NCBI RefSeq assembly: GCF_000150275.1
Contig: NW_002060948.1
Coordinates: 3,609,183-3,673,182, forward strand
Direction of reading: 5' to 3'
Length of the DNA: 64,000 nt
Origin: Trichoplax adhaerens
Lineage: Eukaryota > Animalia > Placozoa
Position 1 is the stretch's first letter. Each line of letters begins with the position of its first letter. The position numbers were made by a program, and so were the translations under genes. The notes under the pieces are model-generated. The model was not told where the DNA came from. It searched no databases and saw only the letters and a list, made by a program, of their open reading frames with translations. This document shows, in pieces, positions 40,401 through 50,799 of the stretch.

Positions 40401-41710
40401 AGTTTCTGGCCGACTTAATCGAACAAGGTTTAGTCGGAGAATTATCTGAACATGATACAGATTCCTTAATTGATCAGAGCAGTAATGGAATTACAGTCTC
40501 TACTAATCAATCTTACAGTACATCTGACAGTGATGCAAGTGCTAGTACGCCATTAGTGCAGGGTCAAGAAAAAGATGATGCTATGTTGAAGTTAAGTTAT
40601 TGCAATAGTATCGATAAATTCAGAGATTCTATCCAAAAATTATCTAATATCAATGTTAGAAACTCTGGTAAGTCGGGTGATACTATCCTAATGACCATTC
40701 TACAAATTAAAAGACTAGATGAACCATCTAAAATCGAAAGAATAAAGATTCTGCTATCGTCTAAAGCTTCATGGTATGCTACTAATAATCGTGGCCAGAA
40801 TGCTATTGATCTATGCTTACAGAAATATCCAGATTTGTTAGCGAAGCTAATAAGAATGAAACTCATCAAGCAAGATGACATATTTAAATCTGTTGCTCAA
40901 GAAAAAGCTACTATGATTCAGTCTATAATTGGATCTGATCGTAATGGTAAGAGATCCGCGAATATGAAAACATGTCAAAATAGCATCGGCAGGAATGGTA
41001 ATAGCAAATTTATAGAATTGATATCCAGTACAGAAACTTTGAACGATCCTATTATATTCACGTGTTATTGCGGTAACATGGATAAATTTAAAGATGTAGT
41101 GCAGGCAGCTAAGACCCTGGATTGTAGAAATTCAGGCAAGATAGGTAATACTTTACTAATGATGCTATTGCAAAGCAAGAGATTGGATAAAAATTCTAAA
41201 ATAGAAAGAATAAAGTTAGTGGTATCTTTTGGAGCTTCGTGGTATGCAGTCAATAAACAAGGTCAAAACGCTATTGATATTGGCTTACAGTTATGTCCTG
41301 ACTTATTAGCCAGTTTAGTCGAACAAGGTCTAGTAAAATACGATAAATCTTATTGTATTAAAGACCACCAAGGAGTAGCCATCGACAATTCTTCAGTTAT
41401 GCCAGCTTCAGTACCGGACAGAAAGATACCGCCCTATTCGTCTGCTTCTAATGCGCCTTCTATACCAACCTATGGTAGTAATGCTGCTTACCCTTATATC
41501 TTTCCATCGTCTACAACACCTGCATTCAATAACAGTTTAGCACCGATAAATCATAATTATATACACTCTGGACTATATCCAAGTCAGGGACTTGTTACAA
41601 GTTCCTACATACCTGGTCAGTGGCTTGGAAATAGTCCCTATCCAGATTTAATGCCATTATTTGCTCCGCCAGTACGAAGCAAGACTCAACACCCATCTAT
41701 ACGTCTATAG
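37466..41710 (+). CDS. RNase III domain (no dsRBD) + seven ankyrin-like modules + Pro/Tyr/Ser-rich tail, intronless, ~1414 aa
   Basis: The ORF is open from TTG 37385; the first ATG is at 37466. RNase III fold motifs: IQKNLKYDFKDSSLLLTAL, signature QILEMIGDAWL (cf. ERLEFLGD), LVSN, EIGKRLGL, LANYTEAILGAAVID (cf. LADxxEAxxGAxYLD). Seven modules with consensus G(D/N)TILMxI...KIERIxxLxxxGASWxxxNxxGxxA(I/L)DI..CPxL start at ~38384, 38852, 39290, 39722, 40148, 40583 and 41051. Confidence 0.9.
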   Translation: MQSRSQSDSANGTNAKLAHKANVTAAYEIQKNLKYDFKDSSLLLTALGKDNKLDTSIGLPGRYGNQQILEMIGDAWLRFVVLYKLYEMKEHTDGSAKSFNDATKWLVSNDTVLPEIGKRLGLEKCIRNITDKKKYLANYTEAILGAAVIDDRNLHRSFQVVDRLWSPYINTYKNNDNNCDARPLFVSQEITNQNQANDEKTHGNDFHLPELIPNADYNQTDHDSQSSKESFAIGNDDKKCPYTAMVNPDNVTATVKPSTEAHHSNESNQFDTAESNTVIKVKKVAINTTVDSHVDGLSVAQSKLIVQKAFSSFCNSLSVFQKMVSQLPDINCRHGSAGDTILMKIVTASKLNNSKKLERIQFLLDHGASWNVKNNEGLDALSICQSKNPDLILQLKRKGLISNDGQINDADKLNDKEQDNKIMLNRHIVDPDAIKHSNHVASNVTVNSHTEGKSTPQSDLMEHKAFSSYCSNFNMFKNIITQVSNVNYRHGKAGETILMKIITTKNLDNSDKLQRIQLLRNCGASWKLKNFEGLDALSICQRKNPDLMSLLKLKGLIGNNVQEAPTEINKKEDGVVSPTFNRNQKNKICELSVVKNDDRAIDKEQENINNLFSNHCNSFSNLKMAVNQVKDINCKKNDDGGDNILMTILKCTRLADEKKIERIRFLLSRGASWKATNNSSVNAVNVGLKYCPQLMNTLIEQGRVDQHALKKCSRLLPTSYSNQNTVKDTKLPKTAIVNDHIQLVDHAINDNNKALFPELYQDIDQFKTAVLKLPDLNSTWISGNTILMTILQSPFLDSQEKIEKIEILVQLGASWYATNEHGKNAIDVGLKACPKILAKLIRADSVKQDNIFQSKVKERAELLTRTGKFQTENAFDISQKDNVVELSCRKDNTNRKLFTHYCKGMDRFKEIIKESSNLNCRNDGKVGNTVLILILLNETMDDGVKVDRIKLLVSSGASWYTANNCGMNAIDIGLQSCPKFLADLIEQGLVGELSEHDTDSLIDQSSNGITVSTNQSYSTSDSDASASTPLVQGQEKDDAMLKLSYCNSIDKFRDSIQKLSNINVRNSGKSGDTILMTILQIKRLDEPSKIERIKILLSSKASWYATNNRGQNAIDLCLQKYPDLLAKLIRMKLIKQDDIFKSVAQEKATMIQSIIGSDRNGKRSANMKTCQNSIGRNGNSKFIELISSTETLNDPIIFTCYCGNMDKFKDVVQAAKTLDCRNSGKIGNTLLMMLLQSKRLDKNSKIERIKLVVSFGASWYAVNKQGQNAIDIGLQLCPDLLASLVEQGLVKYDKSYCIKDHQGVAIDNSSVMPASVPDRKIPPYSSASNAPSIPTYGSNAAYPYIFPSSTTPAFNNSLAPINHNYIHSGLYPSQGLVTSSYIPGQWLGNSPYPDLMPLFAPPVRSKTQHPSIRL

Positions 41711-42216
41711 AATTTGATAAATTGCTTCATAATTAATATTAAGTATCAGTAGATCCTATACATGAATATTATAGACAGTAATTTTTGTGTATAGTATACT
41801 GGATAGCAACGCCAATTTTGTGTATTGGGCTAGTAGTATCTTATTATCGATTGATCAGTGCTAACATTAAATATCTAAGAAACCAATTTCTAGGTATACA
41901 ATGCTCGCACCAAATATAAAGTATTTATCCCGGTCTTTATGTTAGTTTCAACGTTAAATACTGTTATAACTCAAGGCAATATACGTCGTACGTATGCTTT
42001 GAAGATATAGCTTTTGAAGTTAGTATGCTGGTGGCGTAATACCGTAGTTTATAATGATATATCAGTGAAAATAAAATGATAGGTATTGTTACATTTGATG
42101 TTTAACAGTTTGGGTGGTGGTTCGGTAATTGCGTGATATATTGATTGTCTATAAGGTAACAATAACATAGTTGATTTAAAGGTGAGGGTATTTAAAACAT
42201 TTCTTAAATTAAAGTA

Positions 42217-42269
42217 ACTAGTGCAAACTCCCGTCGCTTTACTGACGGTTTACGATAATGTGCTCATTT
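42217..42269 (-). repeat. Right arm of 53-bp inverted repeat (partner 34407-34459)
   Basis: actagtgcaaactcccgtcgctttactgacggtttacgataatgtgctcattt. Confidence 0.9.
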
Positions 42270-43658
42270 AACATCTTTTACGAGGTTCAGTAACTTTATA
42301 CCGTACCGTGTAGCAGTGATTATGTGTACTAAATTTGGCCATTGATTAACTTTTGTGTAAGATTGTCTACGATAATCATGTGTAAGAATAGCCATCCAAT
42401 GTGGTCATCATGTACTTGCAATGGATACTGTTTACAAGTTAGTTATCCTATAGTAATATCGTATTTATGGCTATCATCAGTGTTCCTAGTGTTATTCATG
42501 GTTACGTCTTAATTTATGATTATGAAAAATAAAAGAATATAGCCTCAATCAATTGAAAATTTGATGTTATTTCTGGTGCTCCTTATTGAAATAAGTTGTC
42601 ATTGCTTTGATATTTCCATCATTGGAGAGTGTTATAACGTTAAGCATTTCCTCAGTATCAAAATATGCTATGTACGCGTATGCACAATATTAAATTGCCT
42701 ATTTCACTCCATACGATAGAAATTGAAAATTCTTTATTTGATATTTTGTATCGAATTGTATAGTCAAGATATTTATTATTGAAATGGACATCTATTTCGG
42801 CACCATACGCATATATATATAAAGTACTGATGATAACATGGCTTGATGAGTTAGAATACTATCGGTGGTGCGAGTGTTGATGTGGTTTACAAAAATCATA
42901 ATTTGGAGTAATTGCAGACCAGTGATGGCGGTCAAAAAATGGTATAATATATTTGCGCAATTATGAACTACAACTGATTGGAACTGACGAAAGCATGACA
43001 ACATTGCCTTTCTGCAAAGAATTGAACTTAAATTGACTAAGTGGATTGAACATAACAAGAATATCATCACGTCCATTATTGTGTAGTGAGGTAAATTTAA
43101 TAATCAATCTACCTAGAATAATTTTACTGAAAAAAAGACACAAGAGAAAGTGGCTTTTAACAATATTTGTTATATACTCCCATACGATATATTACATAAC
43201 ATACAATACTGCAGAAGGATGAAAATCTACAATGTCACACAATGATATATAAATTAGTTTAAGTCAAAGGCAGTTTAATATAAAATTTTATTAGACCCTA
43301 ATTACTCATGATAACTCTACGATAATACCAATAAGAAAGTTTGTATCGGTGTCTTTATTTTACTCCAATTTCTTTTTGAGCAGTTGGTACCATTAAATAG
43401 TGTCGAAACAAAAGTTGGCATAGATGTATCATGCATCAAGAATGAAGTCATAGCACAGAATTTGTTGAGAAATGTCAAATAACAATCATAATTATTAGCT
43501 AGCTAGTACGTATAGATGATCAATTAGTCATTTTGGACAATTTTGAACGTCCAATACTCGAGCATCAGAGGAATCTTTAAGGAGTCTAGGAAAAATAATT
43601 TTCTACAAACTCTTTCAATAAAATTGTCAAGAATTGTGGTAAGAAAAAAGTTATAGCA

Positions 43659-45041
43659 TTACGTTAACCACGGAAATGATAACTTCATATCGTTGGTATT
43701 TTGAGGATAGTCAACACAAAACTTCTTTTCGTCGCCCCAAACTTTACTTAAATCTTGAATAATGTGTTTGGAAGCAGCTTGAACCCATTTCGGATCATGT
43801 AAATATTGGCAAAGATAACATAGTGATCCGTCACTATCCACTCTCACGACTTTATGCGAAGCCTTCCATTTAAAAAAACTATTATACAAGGTTTTATTCT
43901 TAGCCACTTTCTTAATATAAGCAACTAAATCTGGCATCGATTTAAAGTCGAGTGCATTGATGTATGAACCAGGAGGGCTGGTAGCTGGACTGCTATAATT
44001 AGCACCACCAATGACGATAGGAACTGTGCCCAGTTTTAAGCCGTTGTGGTAAAATTTTTCAGTGACATAGTCTTTACAGATAAAATTCTCGAAGCTTAAA
44101 TAAAACTTATGTTCGTGTGAAATTTTATCCCAGCAATCCTTATTTCTACCACAGTTGAATTTACCGCATTTGCCATAGGAATCAATGTCAATCTGTTGAG
44201 CCAGTTTTTGAACAAATTGTGTGCGACCTGGATAGCACTGGCTTGAAGCCCAAGCAATTAACTTGGTCTTGCCCTCACTATAATCTTTCTTTGGATCATA
44301 ATTTTGGGAAAAATTTCCTTGGACAATCTCTGCATAGGGTGCGTATGCCATGCCATCCTTGGCATAGCTGTTGACAACATTAAAGATGCCATTATGGATG
44401 GATTTTATAGGTGATCCGGATAATTTTCGCGTTAACACGGGATTTTCTAAATTATGATAAACCCATATTTGACGGGGGGGTTTCTTGCTTGACGGAATGA
44501 AGCCTTTGCTTTTCATACTGGGGGCAGAACCGTGAAATACTAAAGCAGCAGCTTGTGAATATTGGCTTTTATCTGAAGTAAAGATACAGGTGACATTGCC
44601 ACATTTTACTCGGCCATAACGATCATCGGGCCATCTGCCACCGAACCAACCAGTCCAATAAAGAATGATTGGTATTTTCTTGGTTGGTTTTGTAGTAGGT
44701 CTTTTGGTGGTTGGTTTTTTCGTCGTAGGTTTATTTGTCGTTGGTTTTTGTGTCGTCGATTTTTTGGCCGGAGGTTTGGGAGTGGTGACCACTTTCTTAG
44801 CAGACGATCCCATCGTCGTTGTCGGCTTGATTGTCGTAGTAGCATTTATAGGGCTGGTAGTCTGCGATAGTTTCTCCTTTCTCCCTTTATTACTATGATT
44901 ACTAAAGCTAGAAATCATTTTATATTCTACAATACCAATTCCTTGAATTTTTATAGCATATAACGTTGCTAAAATGACAATAGCCACTAGACCTAGTACA
45001 ATCCATAAGCGTTTCCTTGTCGTTGATGTAGTATTATTCAT
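43659..45041 (-). CDS. Alpha-1,3/1,4-fucosyltransferase (CAZy GT10), type II membrane protein, 460 aa
   Basis: N-terminal TM (LWIVLGLVAIVILATLYAI) and a Thr/Lys/Pro-rich stem. GT10 motifs: ILYWT, C..TSDKS...AAALVFH, PPRQIWVYHNLENP, IDSYGKC, KFYLSFENFICKDYVTEKF, VPIVIGG, PPGSYINALDF, YNSFFKWK. Confidence 0.95.
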   Translation of the reverse strand: MNNTTSTTRKRLWIVLGLVAIVILATLYAIKIQGIGIVEYKMISSFSNHSNKGRKEKLSQTTSPINATTTIKPTTTMGSSAKKVVTTPKPPAKKSTTQKPTTNKPTTKKPTTKRPTTKPTKKIPIILYWTGWFGGRWPDDRYGRVKCGNVTCIFTSDKSQYSQAAALVFHGSAPSMKSKGFIPSSKKPPRQIWVYHNLENPVLTRKLSGSPIKSIHNGIFNVVNSYAKDGMAYAPYAEIVQGNFSQNYDPKKDYSEGKTKLIAWASSQCYPGRTQFVQKLAQQIDIDSYGKCGKFNCGRNKDCWDKISHEHKFYLSFENFICKDYVTEKFYHNGLKLGTVPIVIGGANYSSPATSPPGSYINALDFKSMPDLVAYIKKVAKNKTLYNSFFKWKASHKVVRVDSDGSLCYLCQYLHDPKWVQAASKHIIQDLSKVWGDEKKFCVDYPQNTNDMKLSFPWLT

Positions 45042-46489
45042 CTTTCATTGAATTGATACAGCTTTGCCGCCGCCTTTACTTTTCAATCTTAATGTTGAAA
45101 TTGGACACAAACTGCATTGACCAATATGAAAAAAAGGAAGAAATTTGCAATTAAATCGGCTGTCAATTGATGCCACAACACGCAGTACAGCCGTCCAATA
45201 ACATGCACGCTAATCAACTCTCTCTCTACAGTCGATAATTTCAGCATATAAAAAAAAAAAAATGTTGAAGTTAATCCCTTCAGCGAGATGGATAGGAAGG
45301 ATCGCTGTTGATGATGGCAATTTCTTTCCAATCCTTTGCAGTTGGGCACCAACTTTGAATGCGGATGAAAATTCTTGCCAATTGTGCTGATCAATTCTCA
45401 CTAGCAACGTTTAATTACGTTGATTTCCTCTTAAAGACCACAATGGTAAAAAATACAACAAAATCTAGCAATTAATTTCCGCTTGAAGATGGATATACGC
45501 TTTTCGTCCAAAAGATAGCAACCCAATCAAGGAGTGATTTCCGCTTAAAGACATTTGTCCACCTGGGGCATCTTACTATACTATATTGTACATTACTGAG
45601 TCATTGAACGTGCCATGGATTGACAATCCTGGATCAGGGACATCAGTGAGACAGATGGAGTCCCTGACGCTGATTGGTGCCGTCCGTCCGATAACTTGTC
45701 GATTGATTAGGAGAATGAATTACTGATTTGCCACTACTTGGAATTATTATTAAGGAGCAAGGAATCATGTCTGATTTCCAACATGTTTTTCTTCTACGCT
45801 ATATTGCATGGTTAAATTGGCAGCGTGTATGCTGGCTGACTAGTATCTATGGAATACGCTAAGATCAAATTAGAAAATGTTCCAATTCTCAAGTATCCAA
45901 ATAGACAGTGTTGATCGAGTCGATGCGCCAATGCAATTAATCAAACCATCGACAGGTGTACCATCGATGGCGACTACACTATCAACATCGTCTGTCATCT
46001 GGGATGGACGATAAAGTTATGCAAGAATGTTTGATCATGGATGATGAATGCCTATTTTCTTTAGGATAGACCTTGGCCATACAATATACAGACTACAAAG
46101 AGATGTGTGTTTTCTCTCTATCTCCAGGATAGACGACGGCTGCATTTCTACTTTCACGAAGATTAGTACTATAAGAATTCGCATTTTACAAGTGAACACG
46201 TATATATTAGGTAGAGACGATGAACACTAAAAATGGAATACGAGTAGTTTCTGTGGCGGACACCCATAGGGAAGACTTGATTCTGGAAGAAAGCATAGCC
46301 TTGTTAATTACATGACGTGCTTTCATTTGGTGGAAAGGAATCATTTGATCGACAAAAGAAATCGATCGGTGTAATCCATTTCGTGAAAATGAATACGTAA
46401 TCATTCATTTTTCAATGTATTTGATCAATATTATTGTTTACAAGCCAGAAGTACAAATAGCCAATGAAGATTATGCAGAACACTGTGCA

Positions 46490-46966
46490 ATAGCTTTCTT
46501 GTCAAATGATCCATTTGTGACGACTATAATATAGGATACTAACTACAAATACACTCTTAACTATCGCAGTTATAAGTACAGTTTACTGCAGGATAATAAG
46601 CGTACAAAGACTCACTTAACTGCGTCGATAGTCATGAGTTTTCTTGTCCAATAATCCATTTGTGACAACCATCATATAGGATAATAACTACAAATACAGT
46701 CGAACTATGGCACTTATAAGTACAGTTTACTGCAGGATAATATCCGCACAAAGACTCATTTAACTACCTCGATAGTCATGAGTTTTCTTTCCAATAATCC
46801 AATTACGACGACTATAATATAGGATAATAACTACAAATACAGTCGAACTATGGCACTTATAAGTACAGTTTACTGCAGGATAATATCCGCACAAAGACTC
46901 ACTTAACTACCTCGATAGTCGTGATGAGTTGTCTTGTCAAATAATCCATTTATGACGACTATAGTA
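46490..46966. repeat. Tandem repeat, ~145-bp unit, ~3.3 copies
   Basis: 'tcttgtc(a/c)aataatccatt' (with variants) at ~46496, 46641, 46785 and 46931; the full copies contain 'ataagtacagtttactgcaggataat'. Confidence 0.9.
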
Positions 46967-47630
46967 CAATAGTCATGGAAAGCACAGTGTCGTTTTCTCA
47001 TCAACTAGTCGATTGGTGCGACTAGAGTACAAGATAATAACTATAACTACCGTTAAAAATTAATGGACTAGCATAGTCATTGATCTTGCTCAATTTGGGA
47101 CTATTACAATATAGTACAATTTACTTCAGGAGAATAACTACAAATACTCACTTATTCATTTATCACCGCCAATAGTCATGGAAAGCACATTGTCGTTTTC
47201 TCATCAACTAGTCGATTGGTGCGACTAGAGTACAAGATAATAACTATAACTACCGTTAAAAATTAATGGACTAGCATAGTCATTGATCTTGCTCAATTTG
47301 GGACTATTACAATATAGTACAATTTACTTCAGGAGAATAACTACAAATGCTCACTTATTCATTTATCACCGCCAATAGTCATGGAAAGCACATTGTCGTT
47401 TTCTCATCAACTAGTCGATTGGTGCGACTAGAGTACAAGATAATAACTATAACTACCGTTAAAAATTCATGGACTAGCATAGTCATTTTTCTTGTTCAAT
47501 TTGAGATTATAGTACAGTTTACTTCAGGAGAATAACTACAAATGCTCACTTATTCATTAATCACCGCCAATAGTCATGGAAAGCAAAATGTCGTTTTCTT
47601 GTCCAGTAGTCGATTGGTGCCGACTAGAGT
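46967..47630. repeat. Tandem repeat, ~203-bp unit, ~3.3 near-identical copies
   Basis: 'caatagtcatggaaagca' at 46967, 47170, 47373 and 47568; the copies are almost identical. Confidence 0.95.
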
Positions 47631-50600
47631 GGAGTTGACTCTAGGGCTCCAAACAAGTGATATTGTACAGTCTGTACTATGATGATCGTGCAAAAGTAGC
47701 GTTTTGTATAGGTACTGTCCAACCATCGTCGACAGTACCTATAGTGTCATTATCGACAGGTGTAGCCTCCATGGTCAATTGGTCAATGGTCATGTGGTTC
47801 ATGTCATGTGGTCTGGTAGACAGCAGCCTTTGAAAGGATTGACTAGCGGATCGTGTGGGTAAATTGCTAAATTAGCTGCAGACGAAGGCGGCAAAGGTGG
47901 AATCTTTCATCAAAAGGTACAGCAAATTATTTTATTCGACTAAAATTGTCTTTGAAAATCAGGACTACGACATGTGTTTTCAAGAAAATCACTAAGGTGT
48001 TTCAATGAAAATGGCCCCAACAGCATCTATTGGCACACTTTCAAGACGGGCAAGCCATTGTCACTGGTTCAATGTAGGGTAATAGGGGGTAGTCAAGCAA
48101 AAAAATTTCAACCAGTGGAAAACTATTCCAACAACGATTCATTCATATACCCTCTCTTGCATTCCATAACTAGCTTAGATTGATCGGAGAAAAGGAAATT
48201 CTAGCAAAGAAATAACTTTCTCTTACTCTCAACAGGATATCTGGACTAGCGTACAGCTGAACGACTACTTCCACAGTTCATTCAAGGATGTTGTTGAACC
48301 CTACTCCAAATACGCACTGTTGAGCTATGTTGACATGCAACGTTGCAATATGCAGTGTTGATCCACTTTTCTCTATCCTACTCATTAGACTATATAGACT
48401 GCAATTGCAGATTATCAGAAAGCAACTCTTTTACCCTCTTTGGATTCCCTGCTATTCTACTACAAATGATAGATCATGTCATCGCTGTCTGTTCAATAGC
48501 AATCACTTGGACAATCCATGATCGATGGACGAGTTTTGGCGCCAGTCTTGACTCCACTTTACTTGACTCTTCATCAGCCAAGACTAAATCACTTACAAAA
48601 TCCCATTTTGAATTCAAAAGATTATTCACACTATCACAAGCTGATGGCCATACATTCGTTTAGTTTTCAAGTGAGAAAATTACTTTGTACTGCTGTTTTC
48701 AATAGTATTCAACACCATATAGTATACTGTGCTTGCAGGACAGTACTGTAGTGAAATTCTCACTAGCTTATCGAGTCAACATTCATAGCTTTCCTAATAA
48801 TAATAAACTTCATGGCAGCGTGCGCTTGGATGTAGCTTTTAAATACGCGTAGATTAACAGTCAATCCTATCTGGAAAAATGCATCGAACAGCAGCAGTTA
48901 TACATTAAAGTCCTCAATCAATCGAGCAACCAATGATAGCATCATTTCCTTACCAAGCCAATATACTGTACGCATATCGAAAACTGAAAAGCATTCTACG
49001 GCAGTCGGTCAAGGTGTTCATTGCCTCTGTAATCACTACAACAAATCAACATTCGTCTAGCTAGACAATGATAGTACACTGCATAGATGCGTAGAATTGC
49101 TTTTCCAATCGTGTTAACGTTACAATGACTCTTACTTTCTTCATCAGTCCACAGTATCAAAGACGTAAGGATGCTAGTAGTAAAGACCATTCCAAACCGT
49201 CTTGACAAAGTGATTTTTTTGTTTTTTTTCTACAGGCAAATACACCTCCCCGTTGATTAAAAATGTTCAAATTAATTCGTTCATGTGAGTATTCCTATAT
49301 ATCTCAATATTCGTTGTACTATACTGTAGATGCATTTATACTAGTTAGCCAACGCAATTAGTGACTATTTTGAATGCTATTAATAATCCATTGCTTTTGC
49401 GCCTAATATACTTGTACCATCATATTGTTCCTTTCTTCTCAGTAGAATAACTCTGTAAATAAACACTTTGAACAATATTTTCTTAACAAATTTGGCATTA
49501 CGTCAAGCGTAGTAGACTTAATCATAATTTTTTTTTTTATTGAACATAACTCGCTTTATATCATATGAAGTACTCTAACTTTATGGTATATTGCTATGAG
49601 ATGGTTACAACATTGAAATCTCAACCGATATAGTTTACATATAGTTTACTTAACGGAAACTTTTAAAATTGACGTCAAACATTTATTTTTTCAATCTTTT
49701 TTGAAGTAGATAGTATCGTTAAATAACTAAAACTGATTTGTTAACGGATTTCATGTAGACTTTAATCCTTTTTATCAGTTGATGATCTATTCAATCGACT
49801 CTTAGGATCAATACGTATACAATAGAATATCCATTCGAAAGTAATCTCATATCTTTGTAATCTTCTTACCTCTTGATATAGTCTAAATAAAACGATTAGT
49901 AATTCTTTATCTTTAAGTGTTTATTTTACAATCTCACAATAAACAAAGATAAGGCTAGTTATCATTTAAGTATATAATTAAAAGAATTGATGATCAACTA
50001 TAGGATAAGAGAAATATCTTACACGTCTATTCATATAAAATTTGCTTATTCCTTACAGCTATTGGATGATATCGCCTTGAGTCAATTCTGATATTCTAAT
50101 ATCTGTGTGAACAATTATACTTTCGATTGGATCGTCACAAATTGTTGATCCATGGTTATTAATAATTATTAATTTACCATCAGTACGATCTTGACGTTAA
50201 ATATAGAATACATCCCCTTTGCGTAATACTAGATTTTTGAACGTTTTGAATGTCCCAAAATTAAATTTTTGGGTCTGCATTTTTCTTAATTTGCTTTATT
50301 TATAGATTACGTTCAACAAGTATCATGTTTAAATATTTTAATCGTGATTGGCCATAGTAAATACATACTGGTTTAACTATTGATACTACTGTAGTCATTA
50401 TAAAATGTAAAATTTTTTCTGAAAGGTATTTTATCCCTAAATAGACACTTTACTATAGATGTATTAAAATAGCATGAAGTAGTAAGAAGTTTTCATTTGC
50501 TAGCAAAGTAATGCATTAAATTATACTAAAGTGAAAATTTGATTTTTAATACAACCAGTTATACCATCGTCCTTGAAAACTTTTTTCGAAAGAAATGACC

Positions 50601-50799
50601 CGGTTAGTGACTAAGTTCAAATACGTATAATGATTCATACGTACATCAGCACCAGCATTAGCTATAGCCTATACGTGTAGATATACTGCAACTGCCATAG
50701 TAATGTCTCTGTGTAGATTTTATACTATATCGATTACAGATGATTAAGATTTAAAGATTAAGTTTACATTTCTAAACTGTATTTACGTACGAATAACAG

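Noticed and set aside
38648-41253. Antisense and alternate-frame ORFs inside the RNase III-ankyrin CDS
   Set aside because: Shadow ORFs of the real coding frame.
37466-41710. Dicer or Drosha assignment
   Set aside because: Only one RNase III domain, with no helicase, PAZ or dsRBD visible.
44606-44898. Hydrophobic or Arg-rich ORFs overlapping the fucosyltransferase stem
   Set aside because: Alternate-frame and antisense readings of the KPTT repeat.
46490-47630. CRISPR array
   Set aside because: Whole units repeat with no unique spacers, there are no cas genes, and the DNA is eukaryotic.
47974-49208. Cluster of short ORFs including a 106-aa ORF at 48343 and an acceptor-like site at ~48235
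   Set aside because: No recognisable domain, and the frames are interrupted by stops. It cannot be supported as a gene, although a decayed gene is not excluded.
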